A DNA stretch of 63,855 bases, the filler included, from Aduncisulcus paluster (lineage: Eukaryota), in NCBI GenBank assembly GCA_024181965.1. It is 10 parts of 10 records of this genome, joined end to end, with 100 filler letters (N's around TTAATTAATTAA, not from the genome) between each part and the next. Parts side by side here need not be neighbours in the genome. Positions count along the whole stretch, not along the records: positions 20,597 to 26,018 come from BQXS01011067.1; positions 26,119 to 30,194 come from BQXS01011068.1; positions 30,295 to 35,369 come from BQXS01011069.1; positions 35,470 to 39,599 come from BQXS01011070.1; 6 more parts are not named here. The stretch is one strand, 5' to 3'. Positions 22,743-36,214 of the stretch are shown piece after piece (the stretch's first letter is position 1; every line of letters begins with the position of its first letter). The notes under the pieces were generated by a model. It was not told where the DNA came from, did not search any database, and saw only the letters and a program-made list of their open reading frames with translations. Position numbers and translations under genes: made by a program.

Positions 22743-24203
22743 ATGATCTGTCTGAAAAATGAAGAATTATTAGTAACTGCATGCTATTCGTTTATTTTCA
22801 TCGTCAGCCTTGGAGTTGTTAAACCTTGGCCAGAATTGGTAGACTCCGTAATCTTAACGGTCATTTCCGACTTAAGTAAGATTAAGGACTTCAAAAACAA
22901 ACAAGCTCGCAAAGAGGCCTTCGAAAAGGTAGATGCTGTGTTCGCATCCACAAGCGTGATCAATCTGTTCGATCGCCTTCGTAAGGTCGCTATGGACAAG
23001 AAGTTGAATATCGATTCACTTCTGGCGTACACTGAGAATACTCGCTTGCACGCACTGAAACTCGAGAATGCTGCTTTAGATGAAGATGAGTCATCTTCTG
23101 GAGAAAACACAGCTTCGACCGAAACCCATTGTCAATATTGTGGGAAAAAAGGACACGCAGCGAAAGAATGTCGGTTTATTGGAGGAAAACGACGTTATTC
23201 CTCTTCATCTGCTCATACTCCGCAGAGTTTTCCATTAGATAACGCTTTTGAAAATTTATTATCGGAAGCCAGTGACATTGTGTGTGAATGTGACTCGTCT
23301 AAAGACGATTTTGGTGCTGTGACGTCTGACCTGATGCGTAAATATAATCTTGAGTGGTTGCAGCTGCTCAAGGGAAGACCAATGACTGGATGGGGATCGT
23401 AGTCACATCCATGAAGTGATTGATTTATTCGTGCGTGGGTTGAAGCCCCGGTTCTTCAGTGAAAAAGTGTCTCGTGACCTCGATGACCTTCGCCATTATG
23501 GTAAGAAGGAAGGGAGTGCAGAAGATCCAAAAGCAGTGATCTTAGAAGAAGATTCTGTGAAAGGTGTTGGCCGTTACGCTTTGGGCTTGGTTGAATGAGC
23601 CAAGTTTCATAAAACACTTGGAAAATCAATCGTGGGTGTGCGTAAGACCTCTGTGGAAGTCCACAAACATCGTTCTAGTGAGAACTTAAGTGGTAGTGAT
23701 GAATTGGACCTGGATTTCTCTGCAACTCGTGGTCGTGGTGGTCGTGTTTCTTCTCGACGTGAGATAAGAACTCCCATGTATGTTTATTGTGAAAAATTTG
23801 ACCATTTCGTGTGGTCTTGCACCGATTATATGTCTTCCGACCTGACAAGCTTGTAAGTGAAGAACGTTGGAGGGTGTATGTGGAGACGTTGGAAGATCGA
23901 GACATGCGTGATGAACGTGCTGAATTGGAAGAATTTCGTTGTGATATACGCCGTGAAGAGGAACTCGCTCGTAGTCGTGGTCATAGACCAGATGACTATT
24001 TGGTGAAGACTGAACCTCGTGAACGTGCGCCCCGTGGACGCCAGAGAAGCCGCCGTGAGAGTACTCTGAGCCGTGAAAGTGCCTCTTCTCAGGACAGACC
24101 TGCAAATTGGCAGCCTCTGAAGCGTGTACAGTGTTATAGATGTAGTGGATATGGCCATTTCGCCAAACACTGTGATGGTGAACCTCTACCTAGTGAACCG
24201 TAA
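22743..24203 (+). pseudogene. Degenerate retrotransposon gag region with several CCHC zinc knuckles
   Basis: CQYCGKKGHAAKEC, a degenerate YCEKFDHFVWSC, CYRCSGYGHFAKHC and gag-like IDLFVRGLKP, broken by frameshifts and an in-frame TGA at 23596-23598. Confidence 0.7.
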
Positions 24204-24680
24204 TGAGAAGGTGATAAAAATAGAATGAAACGAAAAGAACAAAACACACAAATTGATAACAATAGAATTTTCACCGAGTAAATCACATGGGTTTTTATGG
24301 AATTATAGATAGTGAGGAAACGAAGGGAGAGATAGTGAGTGGCGGAAGTGGAAGAAGAGAAAGCGAGAGGGAAAGAGTATGGATGGTAATGGACTCCCCG
24401 AGTCCATATTAAAGTCATATCTTGATGTTTTTTTAATATCTGCTGATATTCAAAATTATATGCAGAATAAATAAAAATATTTATCAAAATTATCATTTTA
24501 AATAACATTTACTCCGTTAATATACTGAAAATATGGAATCACCAGTATATTCCGATGCGCACATTTTTCAAACCATATTTTGTCAACATCATAACAATAA
24601 AAGCGGTCTCCCTTGGGTTTGGCCAACCCAGGCGTAAGCCTTAATATTTTTTATTTATTTTGCTCCCCTTGTTGCTCCTT

Positions 24681-24843
24681 GTTTCCCCCGGTGACCCCCC
24701 CTGTATTCCTGTTTCCTTTATTAAAAAAGGAGGGTCGAGTATAGGTCATTGTAAGTACCACGCTTCAGCGCCATCCAGGTCCCCAACGATTTTTCATTTT
24801 TTAAGTTTTATTAATTAAGAAAATTTATAAAGTAAATATTTTA
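24681..24843 (+). repeat. Copy 2 of the gag-upstream element, with a 41-bp extra segment flanked by GGTC repeats
   Basis: Reverse complement of 21205-21320; extra segment 24737-24777 lies between GGTC 24733-24736 and GGTC 24778-24781. Confidence 0.85.
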
Positions 24844-25039
24844 TAGGCTTTACCTCTATATTTTCAATTTTATGTAATACATACTTTATTTTATGTTTAA
24901 CGTTGTAGTATTGATAGGATTGATTTCGAATCAATTATTTAATAAACTTGCTAGCCCTAAAGAATTTTATTTTAAATTAACAATAATTATTGTTAAAATA
25001 CCTTATAATTTTAATTATTTCATATTTATATATTCCTTT

Positions 25040-26018
25040 ATGCCAATATTAGAAAGAACCCCTATTAAAAAGGCAGCAGCCCTGCCTTCAAGCCATCTGG
25101 GACGCTCTGAGGTGACGACTTTAGATACCCAGAACCCGGACATCGTTAGTAGTCCATCAAAGATTGATCTTATGCTGGCTAAGCAGCAGCAGCAAATTGA
25201 GACCTTAAATGCTGGCATGAATCGATTAATCGATATGTTTAAATCCATGGTTGATCAAAATCATCATTTAAAAGAAGAGCAAAGAAGAATTCGATTAGAT
25301 ATTCTCTCTGAATCTCATGAGTCTGAAAAGCTTGATAAAACAGAAGAAGACGAGAAATTTCCTGAGTTAACGCAAGCTCGACGACATCCTCTCACAAAAG
25401 ATGAATTAGAACCTTCTCTTTTCCACCCTGTAGCTGTCCCTCCGAAAAGCTCTGTTTCATGTGTACATATGCCAGTTGCTCTTGATCCTCCAGTACTGAA
25501 GGAGATTAATGTGGCGAAGTATCAAAAGTTCTTATCAGACTTCAAAGCCTATGTAGCCAGGGGGGGATCGAAGCCTATTGAACATTGTCTCTCCTCTACC
25601 GTGTGTCGTCTCCTCAAGTTCTATGCCAGTGAGGCAGATAAGAAGAAACCATTGATGTCTCTACTCAGAGAACGTCTTGCTCCTTCAAGTGATGATGAGT
25701 TTTTCAAGAGATTGAAGGAAGTCAAGTTCAAATGGACTGGAACAATTGATTGTATCCATCATTTCAATGCCAAGTTTCTGGAGGTTTATGATTCCTCTCC
25801 CGCTACTGTCAGTTCCAGACCGACAACAGTGGCTAAGATTTATGCACGAGCAGTGACGGTCAAGAAACTGAAAGCTCCCTTGTTTGACTTAATTGATGAT
25901 GGTGTAACGGAGTTATCACTCTTGGGCGGAAACCTCATTGATACAGCCACCCGTTTGTTGGCTGATGGATGGAGATTGCGTGATGACTCTCAGGAAAAGA
26001 GATTCCAGTCCACCGAGA
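25040..26018 (+). mobile_element. Gag-like ORF (LTR retrotransposon), 3' truncated
   Basis: Coiled-coil N-terminus, then PPVLKEINVAKYQKFLSDFKAYVARGGSKP and capsid-like IHHFNAKFLEV...KIYARAV; motif shared with the gag at 47259. Confidence 0.6.
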
Positions 26019-26118
26019 NNNNNNNNNNNNNNNNNNNNNNNNNNNNNNNNNNNNNNNNNNNNTTAATTAATTAANNNNNNNNNNNNNNNNNNNNNNNNNN
26101 NNNNNNNNNNNNNNNNNN

Positions 26119-29100
26119 GATAGACTGAGATCTGATGCAAGTGATATATTGGCCAATGACAAGAGTTCAAGAGATGTGGGCAAGTCACTCATAGATGTAT
26201 TCCCAATCTCTAAGCCACTAGTAGCAGTGCCATCAACAGACAAAGAGAGTAGATTTGTGGCAGATGATAAGCCTTCAAATGAATCAACATTCGAAACTGA
26301 GAGAGTTGTCAGTTCAAGGATTGTAACGGTATTAAGAGTACAATCAGAGGTAGAAGAATATCCAAGTTGAGTACAAATGGCATTCTTCAAGTTTTCATCT
26401 GGAATATCAACTGGTAAAATCTGAATAGAACAGTCATCTCCTGTGAGACCATCAACACATTCACATGTAATCGTTGATGCATCCTCTTTCAGAACTGATA
26501 TCATTCGATCGTTTTGTTCACATTCATCACAAATCTCAATGTCTGATGCTGATGTGGCTTCAACACAAGAACCCAATCCTTCATCATAGTAATAACCATT
26601 CCAACAGTTCATGCTCCAGAGATCATCAAAGCCAGTAACGTCAAAACATATCTCATTCTCACTGAAATCAGGATCTGGAGAACACATGCATGTTTGCTCG
26701 GACTCGGAAGACTCAAGGGAGAAAGATGAGTTCGTGAAGTATGAAGCCAACTCGGAGTTCACATCGGCAATGTCACAGATCAGATTGTCACTAATGTTGA
26801 GGGACAACAACACATCGGGGGGCAAAGGTGTGGTTGATCCATTCTCATTGATCAGAACTGATACATCAGAGATCTGGTTGGAATGCACATCGATGCTTGT
26901 TAATGCGGATAAGGTTGTGAGTGGAGAGATGTTAGCAATACTATTCGAACTCACATTGATGGCTGTCATAGATCCAATGTGCTCCAGACCTGCAAGAGAG
27001 GAGACACTACTCGATGGACATATCAAAGAAGTGGATGCAGAAATGTTCTTCAAGGAAGCAACACCAAACTTATACGTCCCATCGCCAACAGCAACCTTGT
27101 CAGCAGCATCGATCATGTCGGACACACATCCATGCAAGGCCACATCTGGCACAACACTAGCACACGAATGGGTGCCATCGGAGTTCGCACGACATTCGGA
27201 CCCATACCCACATCCGCCAGAACAGTCTGCAGAGCGTGTGCATGTGAATGTGTCCGAATCAGAGTATGTGTAATACGAGTCACTCATACAAGTCACAGCC
27301 CAAGTCTCGGATGAAGGAGCTGTCTCAGAGCACACAAGACCTTCAGAGATGGCTGCAATGGTGCTATCAGAGTCAGGGTCGAGAGAAGAGCAGATACAGG
27401 TTTGATAACCAAAAGATATGTCAATATTTTCTAAATTAAACAATGCAATGAGAGTATCCTCACTTTCATTGCCATAACAAATCCTATTGAAGGATAAATA
27501 GATGTATCCAAAACTACATGAGTTTGATATATCGAATAAAGGAGAGACATCACTAATCTTATTTCCTTCAAGACCACAGTAAAACAAATTGGGCAAGCTG
27601 GAAAGAGGAGAAAGATCTTCAATTTGATTGCTTGACATGAACAAATACAGCAAACTTTCCAAGAAAGGAACAAAAGAGATATCTGAAATTACGTTGTTGT
27701 AAGCAGCAAAAATAACCAAGTTTTTCAATGATTCAATAGAACCCACAAGTGATGAGATATTGTTATCACTAACATCTAACCAAAGCAATTCAGTCATTGA
27801 AGATATAAAGGAAATATCAGAAATACTATTTTCACTTATGAAGAAGAAAGCAAGTGATGTAAGAGAGGAGAGAGATGAAGCATCTTCGACCGCATTTCCG
27901 GTTATATACAAATAGGTCAATAATTCGAGAGAAGAGAGTGGAGAAACATCAGATATGTTATTACTTGCAAGATCTAAATACTTGAGAGACACAAGAGATG
28001 AGAGTGGAGAAACATTGGAAATAGCACCCCCAGATAGATTCAAATGTTTGAGAGACACAAGAGAAGATAGAGGAGAAATATTAATAATATCGGAAGAATA
28101 GAGATCCAAATATTCTAAAGATGTCATCTTACTGAGAGGAGAAATATCCACAATCGACGAACGGCGAATACTTAATTTCTTTATCGAATAGCAAGATTCA
28201 GTTGCAAGGAAAGAAATATCTGAGAGATTAGAAGAATTTCCGAAATCAAGAACCTCAATAGAAGTCAAGGAAGACAAATTTGGACCTGTAGTAAAATTAA
28301 TGTTCTTTAAATTAAGTATCCTTAAATTTGGTGGTAATACAGCTTCGGACATATCAGACCAAGATCCTGTTGCCTTAAGATATCTCAGATCTGTGGCTGA
28401 TCCCAGATCAAACAAGGATGATGAGAAGTCATCACCGAAATCGACATTGATCGTAATATCTGTCAAACCAGTCAAGGAAGAGAATATACTCGAAAATGAG
28501 GTGATATCCGATGCATCGGAAATCCCGCTAATAGAGATGTACCAAGGGAACACAATCGACAGAAGAGTAGATGATGTGGATAGATTGGAGAAATCCGTGA
28601 TTGACTCTGCATTCCATGAAAAGATACGTAATTTGGGAACAGTTGAAAGATCAGGAACAGCAGTGAGAGTTGAGGAGTATGGCAAGTTCAAATATTCAAG
28701 AGAAGGAAGAGAAGGTATAGTTGCATCAGTCAATCCACTTCCATAAATATCCAGAGTTTTGAGGGAAGATAGTGAGGATACAAAAGATATATCGACACTC
28801 TCCGGAAGATTATTAAATATTAAGCTTTCCAAAGAAGTCAATTCGGAGATAGTTGTTCTCATAGAACTATCAAGAGACGTACATCCAAAAGTAAGTTCTC
28901 GAAGTTTAGACATGTTTGACATGTCGGGGATAACACTACAGTCGCTCTTGTAGCGGTAAGCCAAAGATTCCATATTAGTTGCATCACTGAGAAAAGTATC
29001 ATCATCAACATTAAAATCTATTTTTAGAACATTCAAGTTTTCGGTATTAAGGGCTGTTACGTAAAAGTTGGTGATATCAGCACTTACCAGATCCAAATAC

Positions 29101-30194
29101 TCTAACGGGGGTAATGATGAAATCCAAGATACGTCCCAATCATCGGACTCGACAACATAAAAGTCATGTAAATCAAGATGGGTTAACTTTGTGAGAGAAG
29201 AGAGATCGGGGTAATAGGGAAAGAAAACATCAACCTCAGAAAGTTCCAGGAATGTGAGGTTGTCAAGTTCACTCAAGACAGTAAAATCTCCATAGATTTG
29301 ACAATTGTTAACACGGAAATACTCGAGAGTTTCCTTCACTTGGGAGAGTTTTGAGAAGTCTGTCATATTGCAATTCAAAATCTCGAGGTGTACAAGATTT
29401 GGGAGGTTATCAATGAAATCTAGATGGATAAGAGCCATAGATCCGACAATAAGTTCAGTCACAGTGGATGGAATGGAAGTTAAGTCTCGATAGTTATGAG
29501 GATAGTAATTATCATCATCATCCTCAATCATCTTCTTAGTCAGATTCAAAGACGTTACAGTCGCAGGCAAAGGTGAGAGGTCGACCACATTGGTGCCACT
29601 CAGATCCAACGTCGTCAACGCTGGGAGTGCAGACCCATCGGACAGGGCGAGACTCGTAAAGAAGGCGGGGAACGTGACACTCGTGCGTCCAGCAACGGAA
29701 AGCGTGGTGAGTGAGGCTGGGAACATGCCTTGCACAGTGACATCATAGTTATTGTCGGAGTCGAACAGAGGACTCAAGGAGGACAGCTGAGTTGCCCAGT
29801 AGTCGCCAGAAGAAACGTCGCCAACGGTCAAGTACAATGCACGCAGAGACGTCAGACGCGAGAAATCCGTGTTCGGCGCAATGTCGATGTTATTCAGCGT
29901 CAGCGTCTCAAGACTCGTGGGAAGCTGCTCGATGTCACTGGTGCCCATCTGTTTGGACACGGACGACGTGTTGCTCACATACAGCGTCGTGAGGTTCGTC
30001 GCACCACCAAGCCCAGCGAAGGAGTCAACAAAGTACGTGTTCAGGGAGGTCAGATCTTGGAGGTCGTCAGAAGTCAGGTCGTCACAATGAGCTCCTGGTC
30101 AAGGGCAAGGCAGACGTCATTCAGGAGGAAAGAATCTGGAATGACATCAGAGGAACCATAAATGGGAAGGACAAGCATAATAGCGAATAATACC
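26119..30194 (-). CDS. Large secreted or surface leucine-rich-repeat protein (internalin-like LRR blocks alternating with Cys-rich/EGF-like modules); partial at both ends
   Basis: Many LxxLxxLxLxxNxIsDISPLSS repeats, IPDxxLxxxIC caps, Cys-rich segments (CSGGCGYGSEC, CECVDGLTGDDC). Hydrophobic signal-like VLFAIMLVLPIYG at the contig edge. A 1-nt frameshift near 30095 separates the first ~33 codons. Confidence 0.88.
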
Positions 30195-30294
30195 NNNNNN
30201 NNNNNNNNNNNNNNNNNNNNNNNNNNNNNNNNNNNNNNTTAATTAATTAANNNNNNNNNNNNNNNNNNNNNNNNNNNNNNNNNNNNNNNNNNNN

Positions 30295-30657
30295 AAGACA
30301 ACTTCCACAAAACTTCTCTCTACCCTGTTCGATTGCTATTTTATGCATAATGTCATTATATTCATCCACTAATGGATCAGATAAAAGAGAATCTACATTA
30401 ATTGAATCGATGGATATGAGTGGAATCAATTCGAGGCCAGACATAATAATAGAATCAATAATCATATTCATTTCATCGAAATCAAGGGAATGAATATCGA
30501 TGCCTTCATACACAGTCGCAATTGTACGAATACAACAAGCAGGACAGATGGAAAGATTCCTTTTGGCTTGAAGAAGAGCAGCAAGTATAATATGGTGTTC
30601 TCTTGAAAGTAAATTTTCTTGTATTTGAGAAATGTATCGTTTTATAAATTCATTCAT
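30295..30657 (-). CDS. Hypothetical protein, N-terminal fragment with CxxC motifs
   Basis: ATG ORF open to the contig edge; ICPACC, FCGSC. Confidence 0.45.
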
Positions 30658-31166
30658 CTTAATTCAATCAAAATAGCTCGATTGGCAGTTCAGCTGCAAA
30701 ACATGCTATCATTCACAATTATTATATTTCAATGGCAATGTATTATGTGGTAAATGTTGATATAATTATCAAAACCTCATAATATTGTCAATACAATTAT
30801 ATCAAAACAATCATCTCTTTTGACTCGGGGGGGTTTATTCAATTGTGATTAGCATATTCTAATAAAGATTTATGGTGTTCGTATTGTTCCAAATCACCCA
30901 ATGCGGAATAAAGTATATATTAGGAAAGTGCACACACACACAATCATCTCTTTTGAACCCATTTCTTATGATATGAATAGTATTCCATGAGTTTTAAATG
31001 TTAAAGCTAATGTTTTATCTTTTTCAGTTGTCTTGGATTCATATTACTCTCTATTCATCTCCAAGTCATATCATGTCACATCTTTTGACAAGATGTCAAT
31101 TTTTAACAATCTAAATTTGTTTCAGGAATTTCTTTTATTTTACAGGCAGAAAACAGACGTAAATAC

Positions 31167-34100
31167 ATGTATAGAGCTTTGCAATTACAAAAATCGGATA
31201 TTTCGTGGGACACTCATAATTCATCGCCTTATCTTGATGTTTCTGATAATATTATATCATATCGTATGTAGAATTTGTTTTTATTGCATGATGAAATCTT
31301 TTTATTAGATTATTAGATTTGTTTACCTCTTATTGTCTCTTAAATTTTTTGATTGTCCAAACAGAAGATTCGTTAGATAAAGAGCAACCTGCTTCAATTC
31401 GAACGAAATATTCAATACCAAATTCTCTTCCTTTCTTTTATTTTGAAATTTCTGTTTTCCAAGTCCATCGTGATGGATTTATGGCTTGTGGTCTTTCAGC
31501 GTCATCTGTCCATCATTTTGACAAGCTTCCTGGATGGGAAACAAACTCAATAGGTTACCATGGTGACGATGGGATGCTTTATAATGCTTCTGGGACTGGC
31601 CTTGAGTATGGACCTCAATACACTTCTGGTGATGTCATCGGTGTCCTTGTCCACGTTTCTACAAGGGCTGTGGTATTCGTGTGGAATGGTATCATGCTAC
31701 CGAAGGCAGCTGTGCTCCAACCCCATCGAGATATTTCTTTATCTCGTCTTAGCTCAGGGATTTATCCCATCATTGGAATTCGATCCCCTGGGTGTGCTGT
31801 GTCATGTAACTTTGGAAAAGAGCCATTTTTATTCGATATAGAGTCATTTGTGAGCAATTATTGCTACTCTGAATTCCTTGACCGAAATGACCAACTTTTT
31901 TTCCATTCGGAAACACATGCTTCCAACCTATCTGAATGTGTTGGTTTATCATCTCCCTATGGTGCTGCCTATCGGTCATCTTACACGTCTTCTCATGCCT
32001 CCTCTTATTGCGATAAACATGGAACAATGCGTGCAAACTATCGTGACACTGAAAAACAGGGCTCATATCCAGAAATAGGATCTTTGTATCCTGTTCTTAG
32101 TCCCTTTGAAGCTCATGATTCAAAGCATCGTCACTATTCATTTAAGATAGGTTCAAGGGATTCCTCTTCAAGACACTTGGCTCGATTACATCATCAAGAA
32201 CAGCAAAGGAATTATACCACTCCAACTGAACAAGGGAGGGGATCTTCTCATCCAAGTCGACCTACTCGACGGAGACAGCTCCCGTATTCCCCGCATGTAT
32301 TCTCAACTACTCTGGGACCTTCAGGGCAGTCAAATCCAGGAAGATCACATGATTCAGTGGGATTTGATGATGAACCTCTCACTATTTCAAGTTCCTCTTC
32401 CTCCTCTTCCTCCTCTTCCTCCTCTTCCTCTTCCATTGATGGTTCTTCCTCCTCTCCTTTCACTTTTCTGTCCTTACTTCACTATTCAAATCCTAGGGCA
32501 CAACTTCGAACGAATCTTCTCCATATTCTTTTCCACACTTTCAAGTCAAAGGAGAGTGATTGTGTCCAAGAGATATGCAAGGTAGTGCACCAAAGAGTCA
32601 AAGGAAAATGCATGGGAAATGTATTTAATTCGGATAGAATTCAAAGAGTTCAACCCAGAGCAGCAGCATCAGGTCCCATCAGAAGGCACCACTGGACATC
32701 AGATCTCAAGGCAGGAAAAGATGAGGAGTATATTGCAGATACACGTGGTGAGGTAGCATCAGAATACTCTCATTTCTCTTCCAAATTATTATCCAATCCC
32801 AAGATCTGTAGTCGAACATCTGAACAATTCTCTTCATTCTCTGAGCATGGAAAAGATCATGCAAAGTCTATTCCTCCTCCTTCTTCTTCCTCAAGTTCAC
32901 ATCTGACATCTCCGACTCTGTCCACAAGTATGTCTCCCAAAGACTCGCTTCTGTCTTCCCTCATCACACTATCTTCATGTTTATCGGCATCTTTTACATC
33001 TTTAAATGATTCTTTCAGAAAAAGTAGTAATATCATGCCTTTGAGTGGGTTAAAGTCTGCTCGAAAACATTCTTTTCAACTTGGTGATCTTGCCAATGAT
33101 CGAATTTCTCACATGAGAAAGTCAATTAATTCCAATTATGAGGAATTATTGAAATATCTCGAGCCTCAATCGATTGTTTCTTCTGAGCTTGATAGTAATC
33201 ATGGTAAATCTTCTTTTTTCTGCCAAGACACACTAGATTCGCATAAGATACGATCAAAAGATCAACAAAACTACCTCCAATATTATGTTTCAAGGGGATG
33301 CAGCATGTTATCATCATTTTCAGCCACTATTGACTCTTTGTCCACTTCCCTCTCAAAGGCTATGATATCTCTCATTTCATGGCTATTCCAATTCGAGAGT
33401 TTTGTCTTCTTATCACAATCTAATATTAAGGGTTGTATGGAAAATATATGCAATCAGCTCCAATGCATAAATAAGTTAATTCCTAAATGGTTTAGAAAAT
33501 CGTCTTCTGCAATCACTCCATTGTCTGGTGGTCTTGAGTTGTCTGATCATCATAGTTGTGATCACACAGAGAAAAGAGCAAGATCCGAGGAGGTTAAGCA
33601 TGTTTGTTTGAGTGATTCGATTGAATATAAGGATAAATCTCCTGCATCTCGAAGTTTACCAGCGAAATTTGATGGAAGAGATACGCCTCGTCTCTCTGTT
33701 GTGGATATAGGTGATGCAAAGGAAGATAAAGCCATTATAAAAGACGATGAGCGGAAGAGAAGAGGGTTAGATCATGAAGTTAAGCCATGTGGCCTATCCA
33801 CGAAGAAAAGAGCCACTTGTGTTGGTCAATATGATCAGATTCATTCCCATGATTCACGATATCAACGACCTCGTGAAGTTCCTTTCTCATCAAAATGGTA
33901 CCAACAAATGTCCAGTGGCAATTCTGAGATTGAATCTTCTCTTGGCACTTCAACTACATCTTCCTCTTCTTCTGGAGGGAAGAACTTTTTGCTTCAAGTG
34001 GCTTTAATGCCCTATCTCTGGCAACAGCTTGTGAGTGCATTATTCAGGGGAAACTCTCTGGAATGTAGGCATATTGTACGTGAATTCTACTGTCAGATGC

Positions 34101-34528
34101 ATATGGAAGTGCTTCGTCAGTGGCGAATGATTAAGAAATGCACGAACAAACTTATTATCACAACCCAAAGACTCTATCCTTTCATTCATTCAATGAAGCT
34201 GAAGAAAGGATTCCCAGATCAGATTTGTTCAAACGCATTCAATATGTTTTGTTCTTCTAATCAAGAATTTGAGAGCTTTTCGCGCATTCATCAAAGCAAA
34301 TCTTCCTCAGAATCTGGCCAAAAACAGAAGAATCGCCCTTTTTTCATGCAGAATGGCATTCATCCTTTATTATTGCATACATGTTTATTAATGGAAGAGT
34401 CAAGGAAGAGGTTTTCATGGTTGTTCATTGGATGCATTTCATCACTTTCAAGAACGTCTGGGAAAGAAGTTGATAGTATCCTAAGAATCATGATAAATGA
34501 TGATACTATTGACAAGGTGAATAAGTAA
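31167..34528 (+). CDS. SPRY/B30.2 domain protein, RanBP9/RanBP10 (Gid1)-like; join(31167..31263,31365..34528), possibly further upstream exons
   Basis: FFYFEISV, LPGWETNSIGYHGDDG, YGPQYTSGDVIG, IYPIIGIRSPG, NFGKEPFLFDI. The spliced upstream exon adds SWDTHNSSPYLDVSDN, matching the RanBP9 SW..KDK..YI.LS.N element. Confidence 0.85.
31264..31364 (+). other. Spliceosomal intron (101 nt, GTATGT...AAACAG)
   Basis: Removal gives in-frame TAT C|AA GAT and completes the SPRY N-terminal motif. Confidence 0.8.
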
Positions 34529-34618
34529 TATAAAATTAGCCATTGTAGGCGTTGCCATGAACTATATTTTGTGAGACGTTTGATTATATTGTGAAATTCA
34601 CACTTTGAGGAATAAAAA

Positions 34619-35369
34619 TCACATAATAAAGCACTCTTTGTTTGATTTTTTTGCTTTTGCGTCACTAATTACTGAAGAATAAGAATACTTTGAATGATCA
34701 CTTTGGAAATGGTATCTACAATTTTCAATATACTTTGAACAATAACTCCCCCAATCCCCTCCATTCTCCTTACACCACTCCATATGGGTGTCATATTTAG
34801 GAGACAAGAGAGGAACAAGAGATGTATCAGTGGATAGCATGGAAATGAGTTTAGACCAGAATTTGATTCCCCATTCGTGTTTCTGCTTCTTCACAGCTTC
34901 ATACCAACCATCGAGAAGATCCTTGATGTTGTCATATATTTCTTGAACATGGGATGGATCAGAACATAGGTTTGAGAAGAAATGTAAAACAAAAAAATAA
35001 TTATTCTCAACAATTTTATCCCCACAACACTCTCTCTTTACAAAATCAAGAAAAGGGTGGAAGAATGGCCATGATCCAGAACAGATGGTTCTGTTTGGAG
35101 AATAATTATCTGGTAATAGAATAATATTATTGAATATAAACATCCACTCTTCATAATACTCTATATCTCCATATATTCTCATCCAATCTTTGGCATATGG
35201 TTTGATGAGGGTGAAAATGGATGATCGAGTGGAGGAAGATTTGGAGATATTTCTGAGGGTAGTCAACAACCACTTTGGAATATTCCCTTTCAACTTTTCC
35301 TTGCTTCCTCTGTCAAGAATGCGGTGGAAAGTGGGAGATATCTTGGGGAAGAAGGAATCCCATTTATCT
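34619..35369 (-). CDS. C-terminal part of an alpha-helical ARM/HEAT-like protein (probably a lineage-specific family)
   Basis: Frame open from the contig edge; repeating helical units (LLTTLRNIS, VLHFFSNLC, WSKLISMLS) with periodic Trp. Confidence 0.55.
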
Positions 35370-35469
35370 NNNNNNNNNNNNNNNNNNNNNNNNNNNNNNN
35401 NNNNNNNNNNNNNTTAATTAATTAANNNNNNNNNNNNNNNNNNNNNNNNNNNNNNNNNNNNNNNNNNNN

Positions 35470-35761
35470 GGTGCATTTAGTTGAAGATCGAAAGGAGGAA
35501 GAAGAGGAAGAGAAAGAGGAAAGTGAGAAAGTGGAAGAAGAGGAAGAGGAAGAGAAAGAAGAGGAAGAGAAAGAAGAGGAAGAGGAGGAAGAGGAGGAAG
35601 AGGAAGGTGCTATAACAATCAGTAGGAAAGATATGAGCAAAGAAGAGTGGAAAGAGTTTAAAAAATTACAAAAGGAAGCAAATCGTGAAAAAAGAAAAGG
35701 GAAAATGAAAAAGAATGTTAAGAAAAGAGCCTTAAAGGTATCGAAAAATAAAGCAAAGTGA
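35470..35761 (+). CDS. C-terminal fragment of a Glu-rich then Lys-rich protein
   Basis: GAR-rich low-complexity ORF open from the contig edge to TGA. Confidence 0.55.
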
Positions 35762-36214
35762 ATTGAATTCATAGGTCTCTGATGACCCATAAAAAAAATA
35801 TTCAGGATGCACCACTATAAAATAAATACACAAATTTATTTGAACATAAATAAAGACGATGCGACCGATCTGTCTACATTGAAACGAAAGATCTTTCTCG
35901 ACAATATACTATATTGTAGTACAATTCTATTGAAACACATCTAACGCCGGAAGAACATTTAATCTATATAACATATTATCGTAAATGAATTAAGAAGAAA
36001 AATTAAAATAATAAAACTAATTTAGGTAGTACATACTATGTACTTTTGTGGCACAAAACACAGTTTTAAATTGATTGTTGCGATTATTCATATAAATATA
36101 GTATTTCGAATTTGAAGGACTTTATTTCATTAAAATATACAAAAATACCTCTTCTGTTTAATTGTATTTGCAGCATTTTCAGGATATTTCTGAAAATCAA
36201 GTTTTTTGCCCAAA

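Noticed and set aside
26149-30161. Plus-strand ORFs opposite the LRR gene, and similar short antisense or overlapping ORFs throughout
   Set aside because: Shadow frames of real genes with no recognisable motifs.
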